Source: Hormiphora californensis (Eukaryota; Animalia; Ctenophora). Taken from it: a stretch of 64,000 nt of DNA. Below, piece by piece: positions 11,039 through 22,600 of the stretch. Positions within the stretch are counted from its first letter, which is position 1. Each line of letters opens with the position of its first letter. The notes below the pieces were generated by a model, which did not search any database, had not been told where the DNA came from, and was given only the letters and a program-made list of their open reading frames with translations. The stretch is from assembly GCA_020137815.1 (NCBI GenBank), contig CM035354.1:4774001-4838000 (forward strand). The letters are read 5' to 3'. Made by a program: the position numbers and the translations under genes.

Positions 11039-12288
11039 TTATTATTATTATTAAATCTAAAAATGCATACATTGCATACATATACGCCCCTTTTTGTGGG
11101 CAATTTGGATAGTCCTTTCGATTTAAAATTCAATGGTTAGAGTTCACTTAGCCACATTTAATGACCCCCTTACTAATCCAATAACGTCCATTCGGATTAT
11201 CTCGTTTTAGTTCTTTCAGAGTATCAACAAGAGATTTCCGCTCTCGCTGTTCGTCTGGTGATAGGTCGGGAGAGAGAAAAACGGATGAAAACTTCTCTGA
11301 ACTCTGCAGCTGCTTTGCTTTCCGAAGAAGCTGCAGCAAGGATTCCCTTCTTTCAAGGGTGACGATAACAGGTCTCGCTCGGTCATCAGTCCTTAGGCCA
11401 ACCCGCTTTGTGGAGGTTACGACAGGTTTCTCATTTAGCTCAGCAAAGATATCCTGAACTTCATGATCAGTAGCCCTGGCAGTGGTTTCTGGGAGCCCAA
11501 ATATAACCAAATTCAGCTTTCTATCCGGAGTTGTTCTTTCAGTTGGTGGAGAGGAAACTGTCGCCTTCTTCCATGCTTCCTTCAGGCGAGATGGAGCAAT
11601 AGCAGCTGAACAATTCTGTACAAGGACCTTGGAGTAGTCATGCAACTGCTTTTGGACAGACTCTGACATCGAGTTGTTTTCACCTTTTTGTACTTCAATC
11701 AAACTATTTTGTGCTTCTATCAGCTTCCCTTGCAATGCAATCCTTGCTACCCGATGCTTGTCGACTTCTTCTTTGAACGTGCTAAGTTCTATCTGTACCT
11801 CCTCCAGTTTCCTATTACAGTCCTCCAGTTGCAGGCATTCTTTCGTTCTAGCACTTTCATAGTTCTTCATCTTAGTTTCACACAATCGTTTCTCATTCCC
11901 TATTTCCCTCCCTAACTGGAGAATGTGACGACAGAGTTTCTTAGTGATAGCCTGGAGTCTTTCTGCATTGTACTCCTTCAACTTGTAATCTAGTGGTAGT
12001 GCTTCCTCAATATATTGACGCTCATTATCCTCCGTATCCTTTTCCAAGATCTCTTTTAGTAAATCCTCTATCGCTTCTCGCTCGCTTTGACGATTCAGAG
12101 TTCCTTTCTTTACCAACATTACATCACTCATTGCATTAAACAGTGTACTTCTCATCGTACTACCCAAACATTCTCCTATACTTGAAGATTTCTTGGGCTT
12201 CTCCATCGTCGTCATAGCTTGGGACTGCCCCTACGGGCGGTTCCGCCATCCTAGGGACATATCTCAAATTAATTTGTTTAAAGTAGTG
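11039..12288 (-). mobile_element. SL-capped, ORF1-only non-LTR retro-insertion with a (TAA)5 tail and 5-bp TSD TGATA
   Basis: TSD TGATA at 11034-11038 and 12289-12293; empty site GGCC-TGATA-GCGATT at 8879-8883. The 5' end is the SL 3' portion (12263-12289) and the tail is (TAA)5 at 11039-11053. Confidence 0.88.
11148..12215 (-). CDS. LINE (CR1/L2-type) ORF1 protein, 355 aa, intact
   Basis: Intronless ORF. A coiled coil is followed by RKLNLVIFGLPE...RVG...RPVIVTL...VFLSPDLSPDEQRERKSL...YWISKGVI, the L1-ORF1-like RRM/CTD pattern. Confidence 0.85.
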   Translation of the reverse strand: MTTMEKPKKSSSIGECLGSTMRSTLFNAMSDVMLVKKGTLNRQSEREAIEDLLKEILEKDTEDNERQYIEEALPLDYKLKEYNAERLQAITKKLCRHILQLGREIGNEKRLCETKMKNYESARTKECLQLEDCNRKLEEVQIELSTFKEEVDKHRVARIALQGKLIEAQNSLIEVQKGENNSMSESVQKQLHDYSKVLVQNCSAAIAPSRLKEAWKKATVSSPPTERTTPDRKLNLVIFGLPETTARATDHEVQDIFAELNEKPVVTSTKRVGLRTDDRARPVIVTLERRESLLQLLRKAKQLQSSEKFSSVFLSPDLSPDEQRERKSLVDTLKELKRDNPNGRYWISKGVIKCG

Positions 12289-12645
12289 TGATAGCGATTC
12301 CCCTTACCAATCATTGTTCATTGAGTTGAAAATTGGATCCCTCTTGCGACTAGCCTAGCAAATTTATGGGGACTTACTCCCTGGGATTTCATCTCCCACT
12401 TCCCCTGACCAGTTTCGCCAGTTCCACCGGACTTCGGTCATCGGTGGTAACTGAAATTTTCCTCTGATTTCCCTTTAGTGCAATGAGGCATGGTCGCAGT
12501 AAATTGAAGCTTAACCTCGTGAAGCCTTGTCCTCAAGTGAGCCATTTCTTCACAGTAATATGGTCCCCGTTCTTCCGTTCTGAAGGAGAACTGTCAGCTG
12601 AGGGATCGAAATTTTACTTTTAAAAACTGCAGCAGCATTTTTTAA

Positions 12646-12872
12646 AGGAAAACCCAAGCAACAATAGCCCTCACTTGGGTTTTGTGAAATTTCCCACGAT
12701 CATTGCTCCACCCCCTGATGAGATAGAGACTTGAAATTTTGTAGTTGGATAGATCATGTCGAGTTCTACCTCACTACAAAATTTCAAGTCTCTATCTCAT
12801 CAGGGGGTGGAGCAATGACCGTGGGAAATTTCACAAAACCCAAGTGAGGGCTATTGTTGCTTGGGTTTTCCT
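12646..12872. mobile_element. Fold-back MITE with TTAA TSD (Kolobok-like AG...CT termini)
   Basis: About 100-bp near-perfect TIRs AGGAAAACCCAAGCAACAATAGCCC..., flanked by TTAA at 12642-12645 and 12873-12876. Confidence 0.85.
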
Positions 12873-13249
12873 TTAAAGTAAAATTTTTGGATGCATTTGA
12901 GGATTTCAAATTATGCGCGCGGCTTTAGAACACGCGCAAATAAAACGCGCGCATTAGTACACGAGAAAAAGGAACAGCTAAGCTGAAGTTGTTTATTGTT
13001 GACATACAAGTGTTCATTTAAACAATTTAAACACATTAAATATGGAGTTTTTAAGACGATGTTTAATAAAATAAGATTACAGAAACAAATTTATTATCAA
13101 TTTATTCATACTGATTTGTCAGAGCCCGAATATGAAATTTTCAATAATATTAACATTAAATTAATACATATTAAATCCATAGAACTTCGCAACTCGTAAA
13201 AAAGAACAGATAAATTTCCCATGGTAAACAATCATATAGTTTATTGTTT

Positions 13250-15710
13250 TTATTCCTCTTTGGTTCCATTACCACCTCCACGACCACCTCTCTTTCCTCC
13301 TCTGCCTCCCTCTCCGTCACCCCTCTTGCCTCCTCTGCCTCCCTCTCCGTCACCCCTCTTGCCTCCTCTGCCTCCCTCTCCGTCGCCCCTCTTGCCTCCT
13401 CTGCCTCCCTCTCCGTCGCCCCTCTTTCCTCCCCGGCCTCCCTCTCCGTCACCCCTCTTGCCTCCTCTGCCTCCCTCTCCGTCGCCCCTCTTGCCTCCCT
13501 CTCCATCACCCCCTTCACCACCTTTGCCTTTACCTCCCTTTCCCCCTTTTCCGCCCTTTCCCCCTTTTCCTCCCTTTCCTCCTTTTGATGTGTCAAGCTC
13601 GGCCACTAGTAGTTTGGCAATGCAGGATCCCACAACCATGAGTGTGCCAGTGTAGTAGAGATTGTCGAGTGTCTTGTCACCAAACAACATCATCTAGGGA
13701 GGGGGGGGGGGTGAGTAATAGTCTTGGTATTGGCCCAATACTATTGGGCCTGGGGCTAGGTGATTGGGTTATCAGGGTGATTGCAATATACGTTGAACTT
13801 ACATCGAATACAAGAACGATAATCTAAGCTAAGTACAACTACAATGACTCACCGAATACATGATGGAGTAGAGGACATTAGTGGAGGAGAGGACGCTGGT
13901 AACCGAAACTGGAAGACCACTAGAAAACACGCTGAGGTGAGGTCTGAGCTGATGAAGTCCCGCTGCCATCATGATCAGCACCACCAACCTCCAGTCAGGG
14001 ATCTGGGAAACTTTGGGGGCAGTCCCTGCAATACCGATCTGAACACAACTGGCAATAATCTGACAGCAGGCATCAAAGAACATCAGGGCCGAGAAGTGCT
14101 CCTGTTTAGCGCCGCTCTTGCGGAGTTTCCTGGCGTTTATCATCAGACTGCTCCTGACTACCAACTGAGAGGAGAGAAGTAGAGTTATTGGTCTCTGAAA
14201 AAAAACAGAGCGAGATGTATTGTACTAGAAAATATTGTACCTCCAATAAACCAGTGTGTCGCATGGTTCATTTGACATTTCCTAACTAGAGAGGGGGTCT
14301 ACATGTACCTGAATGAGAGCAAGGGAGATGGCCAGGTACTCGATCTGGCTGAAGACCTTGGCGTTCTCTAAAGCCCCAGTTAGGATGGGAGGTTTGGAGC
14401 AGATAAAGGTGCCCAGACAGGAGAAGAAGATAACAGGGTAGTCCATTTTGGGGTTCATTCTGAAAGTAAAGATGGGTTATAGAGGGAGTGAGGGGAAGGT
14501 GTAGGGAAGGTGCAGGGAGGTTGTTTTGTAGAGGGAGATATGCTTATGTGGATTGTGTAGGAGATGAATTCCACAGAGAACAAATTGGGGAAGAAATAAG
14601 TAGTTGATTTCGAATTATCACGTGTACTTACGATTCTCCAAGAAGGAAGGCGGCCATTACACAGTTACTCATGGTACTCATACTGTTGATGGTAGCTGTG
14701 ATGCTCATCGGGAGGGTCCGGGACACAAAACTCTGACTGAGACCCAACATTCCCATTAGGAGACCCCGCTTTACAAAGGACCATTTCGTCATTCCGAGAT
14801 CAGTTAGCAGACTTAGCTTGGGTTTCCTGAAAATTATGGGTCCAATTAGTGGAAGAAGGGAGAATGTATCACGTCTCTCAGAGCTATTGGTGAGAGAAAA
14901 AGAAATCGATCAATATTTAACTAATTGTTTGACTATGTAACCAACTCAATTTGCCCCTCATTACTTACTGCATTGCACCCATGCCGGCCACAGTAAGGAA
15001 CTTGTATAGCTGGAGCTGATGGGGATGAGATGCGAATCTCTGGTTGAATCTACCCATGGCATTGATAGTAACCATCATGAATGTAGTGAAGAGAGCTGCA
15101 AAATACATCTGTAGATTGGAGTAGGTTGCCTCTGGGATCTCTGCTTTGTAGGTGTTCTCCAGCTTCCCTTTCATCCAACCCCATTGGGGGACTGCCTCGT
15201 ACCTAGAGACACATGGAGTTAGTTATAGTGGGGAGGGGGTAGTTGGGGACACATTCCCAGAGGGTTCAAATAGTTGGGGAGTTAGAGGTTGTGTCACTCT
15301 CAAATCTTAAACTGCGTTTTCCAGGTATCAACACTCCAATCGTGGAGTTTAATTTACCTGTCTTCATCAGTAAGTACAAAGTTTTCCTTTAGCTGTATTG
15401 TATTCTCCTCCCCGTACACAGAGGTCCAGTGTTTCTTGCCCAATGCCTTTGCCTCGGCCATTGATCCATTGTGTATATTGCGGCCTCCAGGGCCTGTCGC
15501 AGCGGAAGCATATTTTTGGAAGGGATTGTAGACGTCAGCCGCGGCACTCTTTATCTTTATCTGGGCTGGGGGAGGTAGTGAGGGGGTTAGATAGTGAGAT
15601 ACAGGGGCTGGTAAAGAAATACAGGGTTCGTGTAGGAGAGGGGCCAGGAGAGAGGTGGGAGAGACAACAAGTATCTTACCAGGCTCCTCAGGTTTGGTTT
15701 CAGCAACCAT
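13250..15710 (-). CDS. EamA/DMT (SLC35G-like) transporter, paralog B, with (GGK)n and (GGRGGKRGDGE)n tail
   Basis: About seven exons: MVAETKPEEP|...VYNPFQKYAS...LGKKHWTSVYGEENTIQLKE|...QWGWMKG...|KPKL...TLPMSITATINSMSTMSNCVMAAFLLGE|... The final exon contains 33-bp tandem units. Confidence 0.75.
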
Positions 15711-16520
15711 CTTTCAGTTCAGTTCGGCTGCAGATCACAGGGCGCTAGTAGAGAGACAAGAGAGTTATTAAGGATTAGGAATTTAACAAGAGAAGTTCTC
15801 TAGAGGAACAATATTTAACTACAAATCCCTGCAGGATTAACAAGATTCAACTAACATATCACTGTGTTTACACACAACAATCCCTCCCTGGTCTCACCTG
15901 CTGCTGCTGCTGCGGATAGTGCGTGGGATGCCTCAATGTTTGTAGCTTGCGTGGCAGCCTCCAGATATCAGCCGCTGCTTTCTTTCTTTTTCTTTATCTG
16001 TCTCTAGTAGCTCTCTGTCTCTGTCTCTGTCTCTGTCTCTGTCTCTGTCTCTGTCTCTGTCTCTGTCTCTGTCTCTGTCTCTGTCTGTCCCCCTCTGACC
16101 AGGTCAACAAATAACTAAAACAACGATCTCAGATATGGTCAACACAAAATCTAAACACGCACACACAATCTCGAGAGCCATAAAATCAGTCCGAATTATC
16201 TCACACAATTCTCTGTGTCCTATTTTTCAAGTTGGACTACCGCGGGTAACAACATTGTGGGACAAATATTCACGGGTCTTTTGGAGGTTCTAATGTTCTT
16301 ATGTGAGTGTGATATATCTGGCTAAAAACATTTATGAACATAAAATATTGTGATTCTCTGTCTCCTCCATCTCTAAATATCCTTATTAAATACTCTAAAC
16401 ACGAATTAATAAATTTAAAGATTTGTGGGAAGTGGGTAAAAATACTATGGGTGATCGCGGGTAAAAATAAAGGTGAAACACACCACAGGAGATAGATGTG
16501 TATTCCAGTTCAGCTCCTCT

Positions 16521-19500
16521 TTAAAACAATTTCATCTCGTACCTAAAAAACAGGGGTGCGTTAGGAGGGGGCGTTTATAGGAGGAGGTCCTAAAGTACTG
16601 AATTGACGATATAAAATGAGCTAGCAGGGCCGAATAACACATGTATGTAGATTGTAGCCCACATGTAGCCTGCAACAGGGAACACAGAACAACTAGCTTG
16701 TAAAATAGCGCTACTGTGAGATGATATAGGCAACAAGGATAGAGATATATCTATATTTCTGCCATGATGACATAAGAGACAGGATATAATAGCTGCCTAG
16801 ACATAGTTATATAGCGAACTATCTCAGCATTTTACCTTACAACTGCATATGTTTTTCCACTCTACAATTGACAAATACTTTAGTTATTTTTCGTTTACAT
16901 TAACTTACTAACACCTAAGTTGATCCAATAACGTTGCTAGTTAACTATGGTAACCATGGTAACTATATAACACTACACTTACGAGTGAAGAGAGTGCACT
17001 CCACCCTCCTTGATTGCAGCTAGAGTCCTCTTCTCAAACTTCAGCTTACCACTGTACATCATCGTCCTGATGGTGAAAATGGGATATCATTGTTAAATGT
17101 TCTAACCCTCCGCACGGATAGAGGATCGAGCAAGAAAATGGGACAACACAATATTACCACCTGAATTCCCCTTCTACTTCTCCGGGTGTCTGGGCTTGCC
17201 AGCGGCCCACAAGGGATTGATTCCCTCTGCTACAGCTGAGATGTATTATTACCTAAGTTGGGAGAGGGATTTAGCCCCGATATCCTGGCAGCCATGCTGT
17301 ATTCCCGCCACTAGATAGGGTATGTAGGTGTACACGCTACCCCGGTCTACCACCGACCCACTAACTCCCTGGGCCACTTTAACAGCGTCCGCTGTTGAGA
17401 AGTATCTCTCCTGGGACGCTACTCCATCTTTCATGGCCTAGGAAGGGGTGAATGGGGTTATGGAGGGAGGGCTAAAATCACTCCTTCAATACCCCAAAAA
17501 ACAAAGTAAACTAAAGGGTTGGTTCACATTCAAATGGGCGCCCCACTAGACCACAAAACAAGCATATATTACCTCAAGACATCCCATTCCCCGGTACTTC
17601 TTGAGCCTCACTCCATCCTGATAGAAATACTCCCCGGGAGACTCCGAGGTGGCAGCCAGAAGGGAACCCATTATAACTGGAATTGTATATCGTGAATTTG
17701 GGGTCAAAATAAAGTCGTTTTGAGTCCTGTCGTTCCCCCCCCCCCTTTTTTAGTCCTGTCTATCTTATCAAGTACCCTTCTCTCTCTCACCTGTGCTAGC
17801 CCCGAGTGCCAGGGCCTTGGTGATGTGACCCACACAGGTTATACCTCCATCCGCAATAACTGGCACCTTGAACCTCCTAGCATATTCAGCTACCCTGTAC
17901 ACTGCTGTACCCTGGGGCCGACCCACAGCCATCACCTGATACATGGTGGTCAGTTTGGGGTGTTTTCAGTATCTAAATCCCTAATATTGGCACTGGATAT
18001 CTTTGAAAGATTGGCTCGGTAGTTGTCCTGCACAATACTTGTCAGTCTCTGACTGTAATATCCTCCTGGAGAGGACAGTCAATTATAATGAATTTTGACT
18101 ATTCCCACTTTCTGTAGATTATATTATATGTTTTATGCATGAAGAACATTCCTAGAAAGTTTCAAGTCGATATTTCAAGCAGAACGGAAAATATAATTTA
18201 GTGCATGGGCAAACAAAATGGTGCAAGGGCACATGTTCAGGGGAAATTTGCACAAATTGTGCAAGGGCAAATTTTGATTAATTTGCCTATAATTAATTAC
18301 CTAATTGATATATTAATCATACGGCTCTTCTAGTACTCGTAGTTATGCTACTAGAACATGCATAGAAAGTTTCGTGTCAAAATATTAAACGGTGTGGACA
18401 CAGTTCGATCATAAAATTGGTGCAAGGGCTGCCCTTGCACCATTTGCCCTTGCACATTGCCTGCCCTTGCACCAAATTCCATTTTTTGCACGGCTCTAAC
18501 TAACTAATTAATTAATTTTGACTATTCCCACTTTTCGAACATCATCTTTTATGATTGAAGAACATTCCTACAAAGTTTCAAGTCGATATTTTAAGCAGAA
18601 CGGAAAATAGAATTTGGTGCAAGGGCGCGGTGCAAGGGACAGAACACGCAATGTGCAAGGGCACGGTGCCCTTGCACCATTTTTAATTACCTATAATTAA
18701 TTAATTAATTAAAAATTCAAAAATCCGCCAACGTCATGACACAAAGGAATACTACAAGAACATGCCTACACATGGCCACAATCGTTGACATGTTTTTTGC
18801 CCCCCCCCCCCAAAAAAAGACCTTTCTTTGTTCTTAACAGGGCCGGCATTTTTGGGTTTTTGTGCAAGGGCAAAAATTTTTTTTTCTTTTTTTCGTTTTT
18901 TGCTGTTTTCTTCGGGTCGGAGGTGCCTGCCGGCACCTAAATTCTGTATCGCAATCTCACTTTATTAGGACTGGGCCGAGGGGATGTCCCAATTTTAAAG
19001 GTTTTGTCTGGTTCGGTACTCATCAGAACAGACCCTACTATGCTATAGTGTTCCAGTGTTCCACACAATACCTACCTCCTGTGTGATGCAGATGGAGCCA
19101 CTGCCCATACCAACACGTAGCCCATCCACCCCAGCATCAATTAGACTCTTAGCCTGGTTAGCAGTCACCACTGAAAATACGGTGTTGTAAGGGGACTTTG
19201 GAGGTGGAAGAGGGGTTTATATTGATTAGTTACCTACTCTATCAAACAGTGCTACCTCATGTATTGAGGGTAAATCTATCGCCCTTGTGTCTTTTTATCA
19301 ACCCCTCTATTATAAGTTCACTCACCGTTTCCTCCAATGATCTCAAGATCAGGATACATATCTCGAATGTATTTTATCATATTAATCTGGTAGATACTGT
19401 TTCCTTGGGACGAGTCCTGGAATGGGATGGTTTAAATGAAGACGTTTTTAGTTTGTAAAAAAAAATATTTCCCTGCCCCAAGAACCAGCGAGGCATGATA

Positions 19501-19570
19501 CATCATTATGATGGCAGTGAAGGATGGTAGTAGAAGAACAGATGATGAAGCAGAGAAGAAGGGATAAAGA

Positions 19571-19649
<79 letters not shown>

Positions 19650-22600
19650 AAGAGAGAGAATAAGAGAGAACAAGAGAGAAGTTTGAAATGTTATGTTGAG
19701 TAAGGACCCATTTAAACAACCACCCTCCACCAGGTGCTACCTGGACATAACCACCCTGTACCCCCTCTCTGTCCCCTCCAGCCCTCCCACTCCTCCTCCA
19801 CCCGCCCTTCTACTCTAAGTGCAGTTACACCATCTTGTGAGCTGTCAGCCTCCATTTAGCATTCTCTCTATCTCACAAGCTAACCTCTATTTTGTTTCTC
19901 AATACCATTTTTTAGTTGTATTAGTTGACAGTTGTACTTATAGTTGTATGAATTCTAACTCAAGTAATGGGAGCCCAAAACTGATTTCTGTTCTTTTTAG
20001 ATGTCGCCACTTCTACTTCTGCTGACTCTGACGTTACCATGGTTACCTAGTGGTCAACTAGCAACCAGTAACCATAGCAACATTGGAAACAGAAGATTCT
20101 CGGATATATCCGTACTCCGGATTCCCGTTGACGTTCCAATAACTCTGAATCCATTCTACCCAAAAGGGAGCCTTATGTATTTTGAGTTTGAACATACGGG
20201 TACATCCTCCCAACCCATTGGGTACCATCTTGGGGGTGCATCCTACCGTTACCATGGTGATGGTGGTGACCATGACTTCAATCCTGGCAAGGATGATGAC
20301 AGGGAGCAAGATGGGGCTGTATTGAAGGTCCAGTTCAGGAATGATGGTGGCACTACATTTGCAGAACTGGTGATAACACATAGTGGGGTGGAAGATGGAA
20401 AGTGGGCTGAAGTTAAGATTGTAGAGGTGGAGGGGGAGATTCGGGAGAAGACTTGTTCCTACAAATCAGAGGATACCCTGTTTACTGATCTACAAGTGTG
20501 TGAATACCTTGCTCGACCTTGCAGGCCCCTCCCGAAAGGAGTTGTGCAAGAGGAACACAGAGGGGCACGACATACCCAATATCAATGCTCGACCCTCTCT
20601 TACAAATATTGTAAACATGGGGTTAGAAAATAAAACCGTTCATCACGCTAACAATGATAACTTCCACCAGTTGATAATAGGGAACGATGACCATGGAGCA
20701 CAACAGGGTATCTGGCTAACCAAACAAGATGGAAGCACTTCACTGGACCTGATTGGTAGCGACTTTCTGGTATGTAAAGCAGGGGGTTCCTGGGATACCT
20801 GGAAAGGAGCCATTAATGGACGTAGTGTGGACAATGCTGTGATGGAGCTGACAGGGGATCGACCTGGATATGAGGTCTACTACAAGGTCACCGCTAACGA
20901 TGGTAAGGGGGAGGGAGACTCTGTTAAAACGTCGCGTGTTGCTCCTTCATAAAACCATCCATCCCTTCCAGATTACTGTACAGATATGGATCCATCCTGG
21001 GAACACGTCAAGGAAGACCCTGATCAGCCGAGACTGCCAGTCAAAGAGAGTGGCCGTGTTTGGCTGATATGTGACGAGGGATACTTTAACTACGGTGCGG
21101 GGGAGGTGGTGTGTAGAGGAGGGAACGTGTATGATAGGGCACCCAAATGCAGGGCAACAGGTAACATAATGGTAACAAAATGGTAACTATGGTAACGGGG
21201 GAGGGATAACACCATGGTAAAAGGGGAGGGATAACAGAATGGTAACTATGGTATAGTGGAAGGGATAACAGAATGGTAACCATGGTAACTATGGTAGGAT
21301 AAAACCATGGTAACTGTGCTGGGAGAGCAGTTATCATGGTCCCGATTTGCTGAAAAGCGTGTTGGGAACTTTTTGGAATGTTGATGTGATCTCTCTTTGT
21401 AGTAGGCTGACACACGTGCAGTCGATTCACGTGTTTCTCGATATTATATTGACACACACGGGGGAGGAGGGTGGTTCCTGCGGTCTTCACCCCCAACATA
21501 CAGATAAGATCACAAGAACCTCACACAGGAACTTGACCTGTTGGGAGATCATTAACCACACACAGTGGGCATGGGATCTACCAACATTATCATATCTACT
21601 TTCCAATTATATCCCCTTGCCCCTATTGGCCTTCATTTCCTTTTGAGCTGCACCGAGAGATAAAAAGCATGCAGTGATATCATTTGATATCAGGGGTGGA
21701 TATCGATGAAAAATCCCTCTCTGCCAATCAAAATTAGTGACCCCAGTAAGTGATAATGCTACATATTAATATTGCCACTGCAGTGTTGTGGTGTGTCTAT
21801 GTGTTACTTGTCTTGCTCACTATATACTGTCTGTCTCAGCCCCCAAAAATAAACTACTGTCTGTCCCCTTGTGATGATCATCTCGCTAGTTGTGTGATAT
21901 CTATTGGTCCCACCCACCTACTAAATCCTATCAAAATCGGATATGCTGATTTTTTGCATTTTTAGGTTTATATTTAGTATTTTAGCACAAATTATTGCAG
22001 TCACCTAGCCCCTCGTCACCTAACCCTCTCCTTGAGTCGCCTGACACTGTGTCTAAAGTGTGAACATTTCAACCCTCTCCTAAGACCATGGTGTTGGACA
22101 GTGACTACACAATCAGCTCTGTCCGGGTGGTCCGTCCCGAGACAGAGGTCCGGTCTGTCCGCTCTGCCCACCTATCTGGTGGAGGGTGCAGCGGATCAGG
22201 GTCAGCAGCAGGAGGAGGGTCATCTCGTTTCTACACTTCCTCTATTGGAGGGGCCTCCTCCGGGGTAGCAGCATCATCAGGTAGCAGTTATAGCAAGAGT
22301 GTGACTTCAACCACCAGGACTATTGGAGGTGGTGGAGGTGGTATCTCTATGGGAGGTGGTGGTATCTCTATGGGTGGTGGTGGTGGTGTCTCCCTGGGTG
22401 GTGTTAGTGGTGGGTTCAAGAGTGGTGCTGCCATGTATGGTGGCTCTGCTGCCTCCAATGGAGAGTACTATGTGAAGACTTGCGGAGGAAGCAACCGGAC
22501 TGCTCAGGTATATTGTAACAACTAAATCTTTGTAATAAATATTTCTCGTGATGACCTCTGCTTCAAAATAAACTTCTAACTGACTCTCTAACTATCCAGA

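Larger units (their letters stand above)
8660..13130. repeat. Tandem segmental duplication (copy 1 about 8660-10770; copy 2 about 10848-13130) carrying different TE insertions
   Basis: Shared blocks: GCTGCCACATTAT...CATTGGCCTGATA, GCGATTCCCCTTACC...GCAGCATTTTT, and TTATGCGCGCGGCTTTAGAACAC...GATTTGTCAGAGCCCGAA. Confidence 0.9.

Noticed and set aside
10644-13199. Duplicated small ORFs MLTCKCSFK and MLTYKCSFK
   Set aside because: TTG starts in AT-rich duplicated non-coding DNA just downstream of transporter paralog B; no coding signal.
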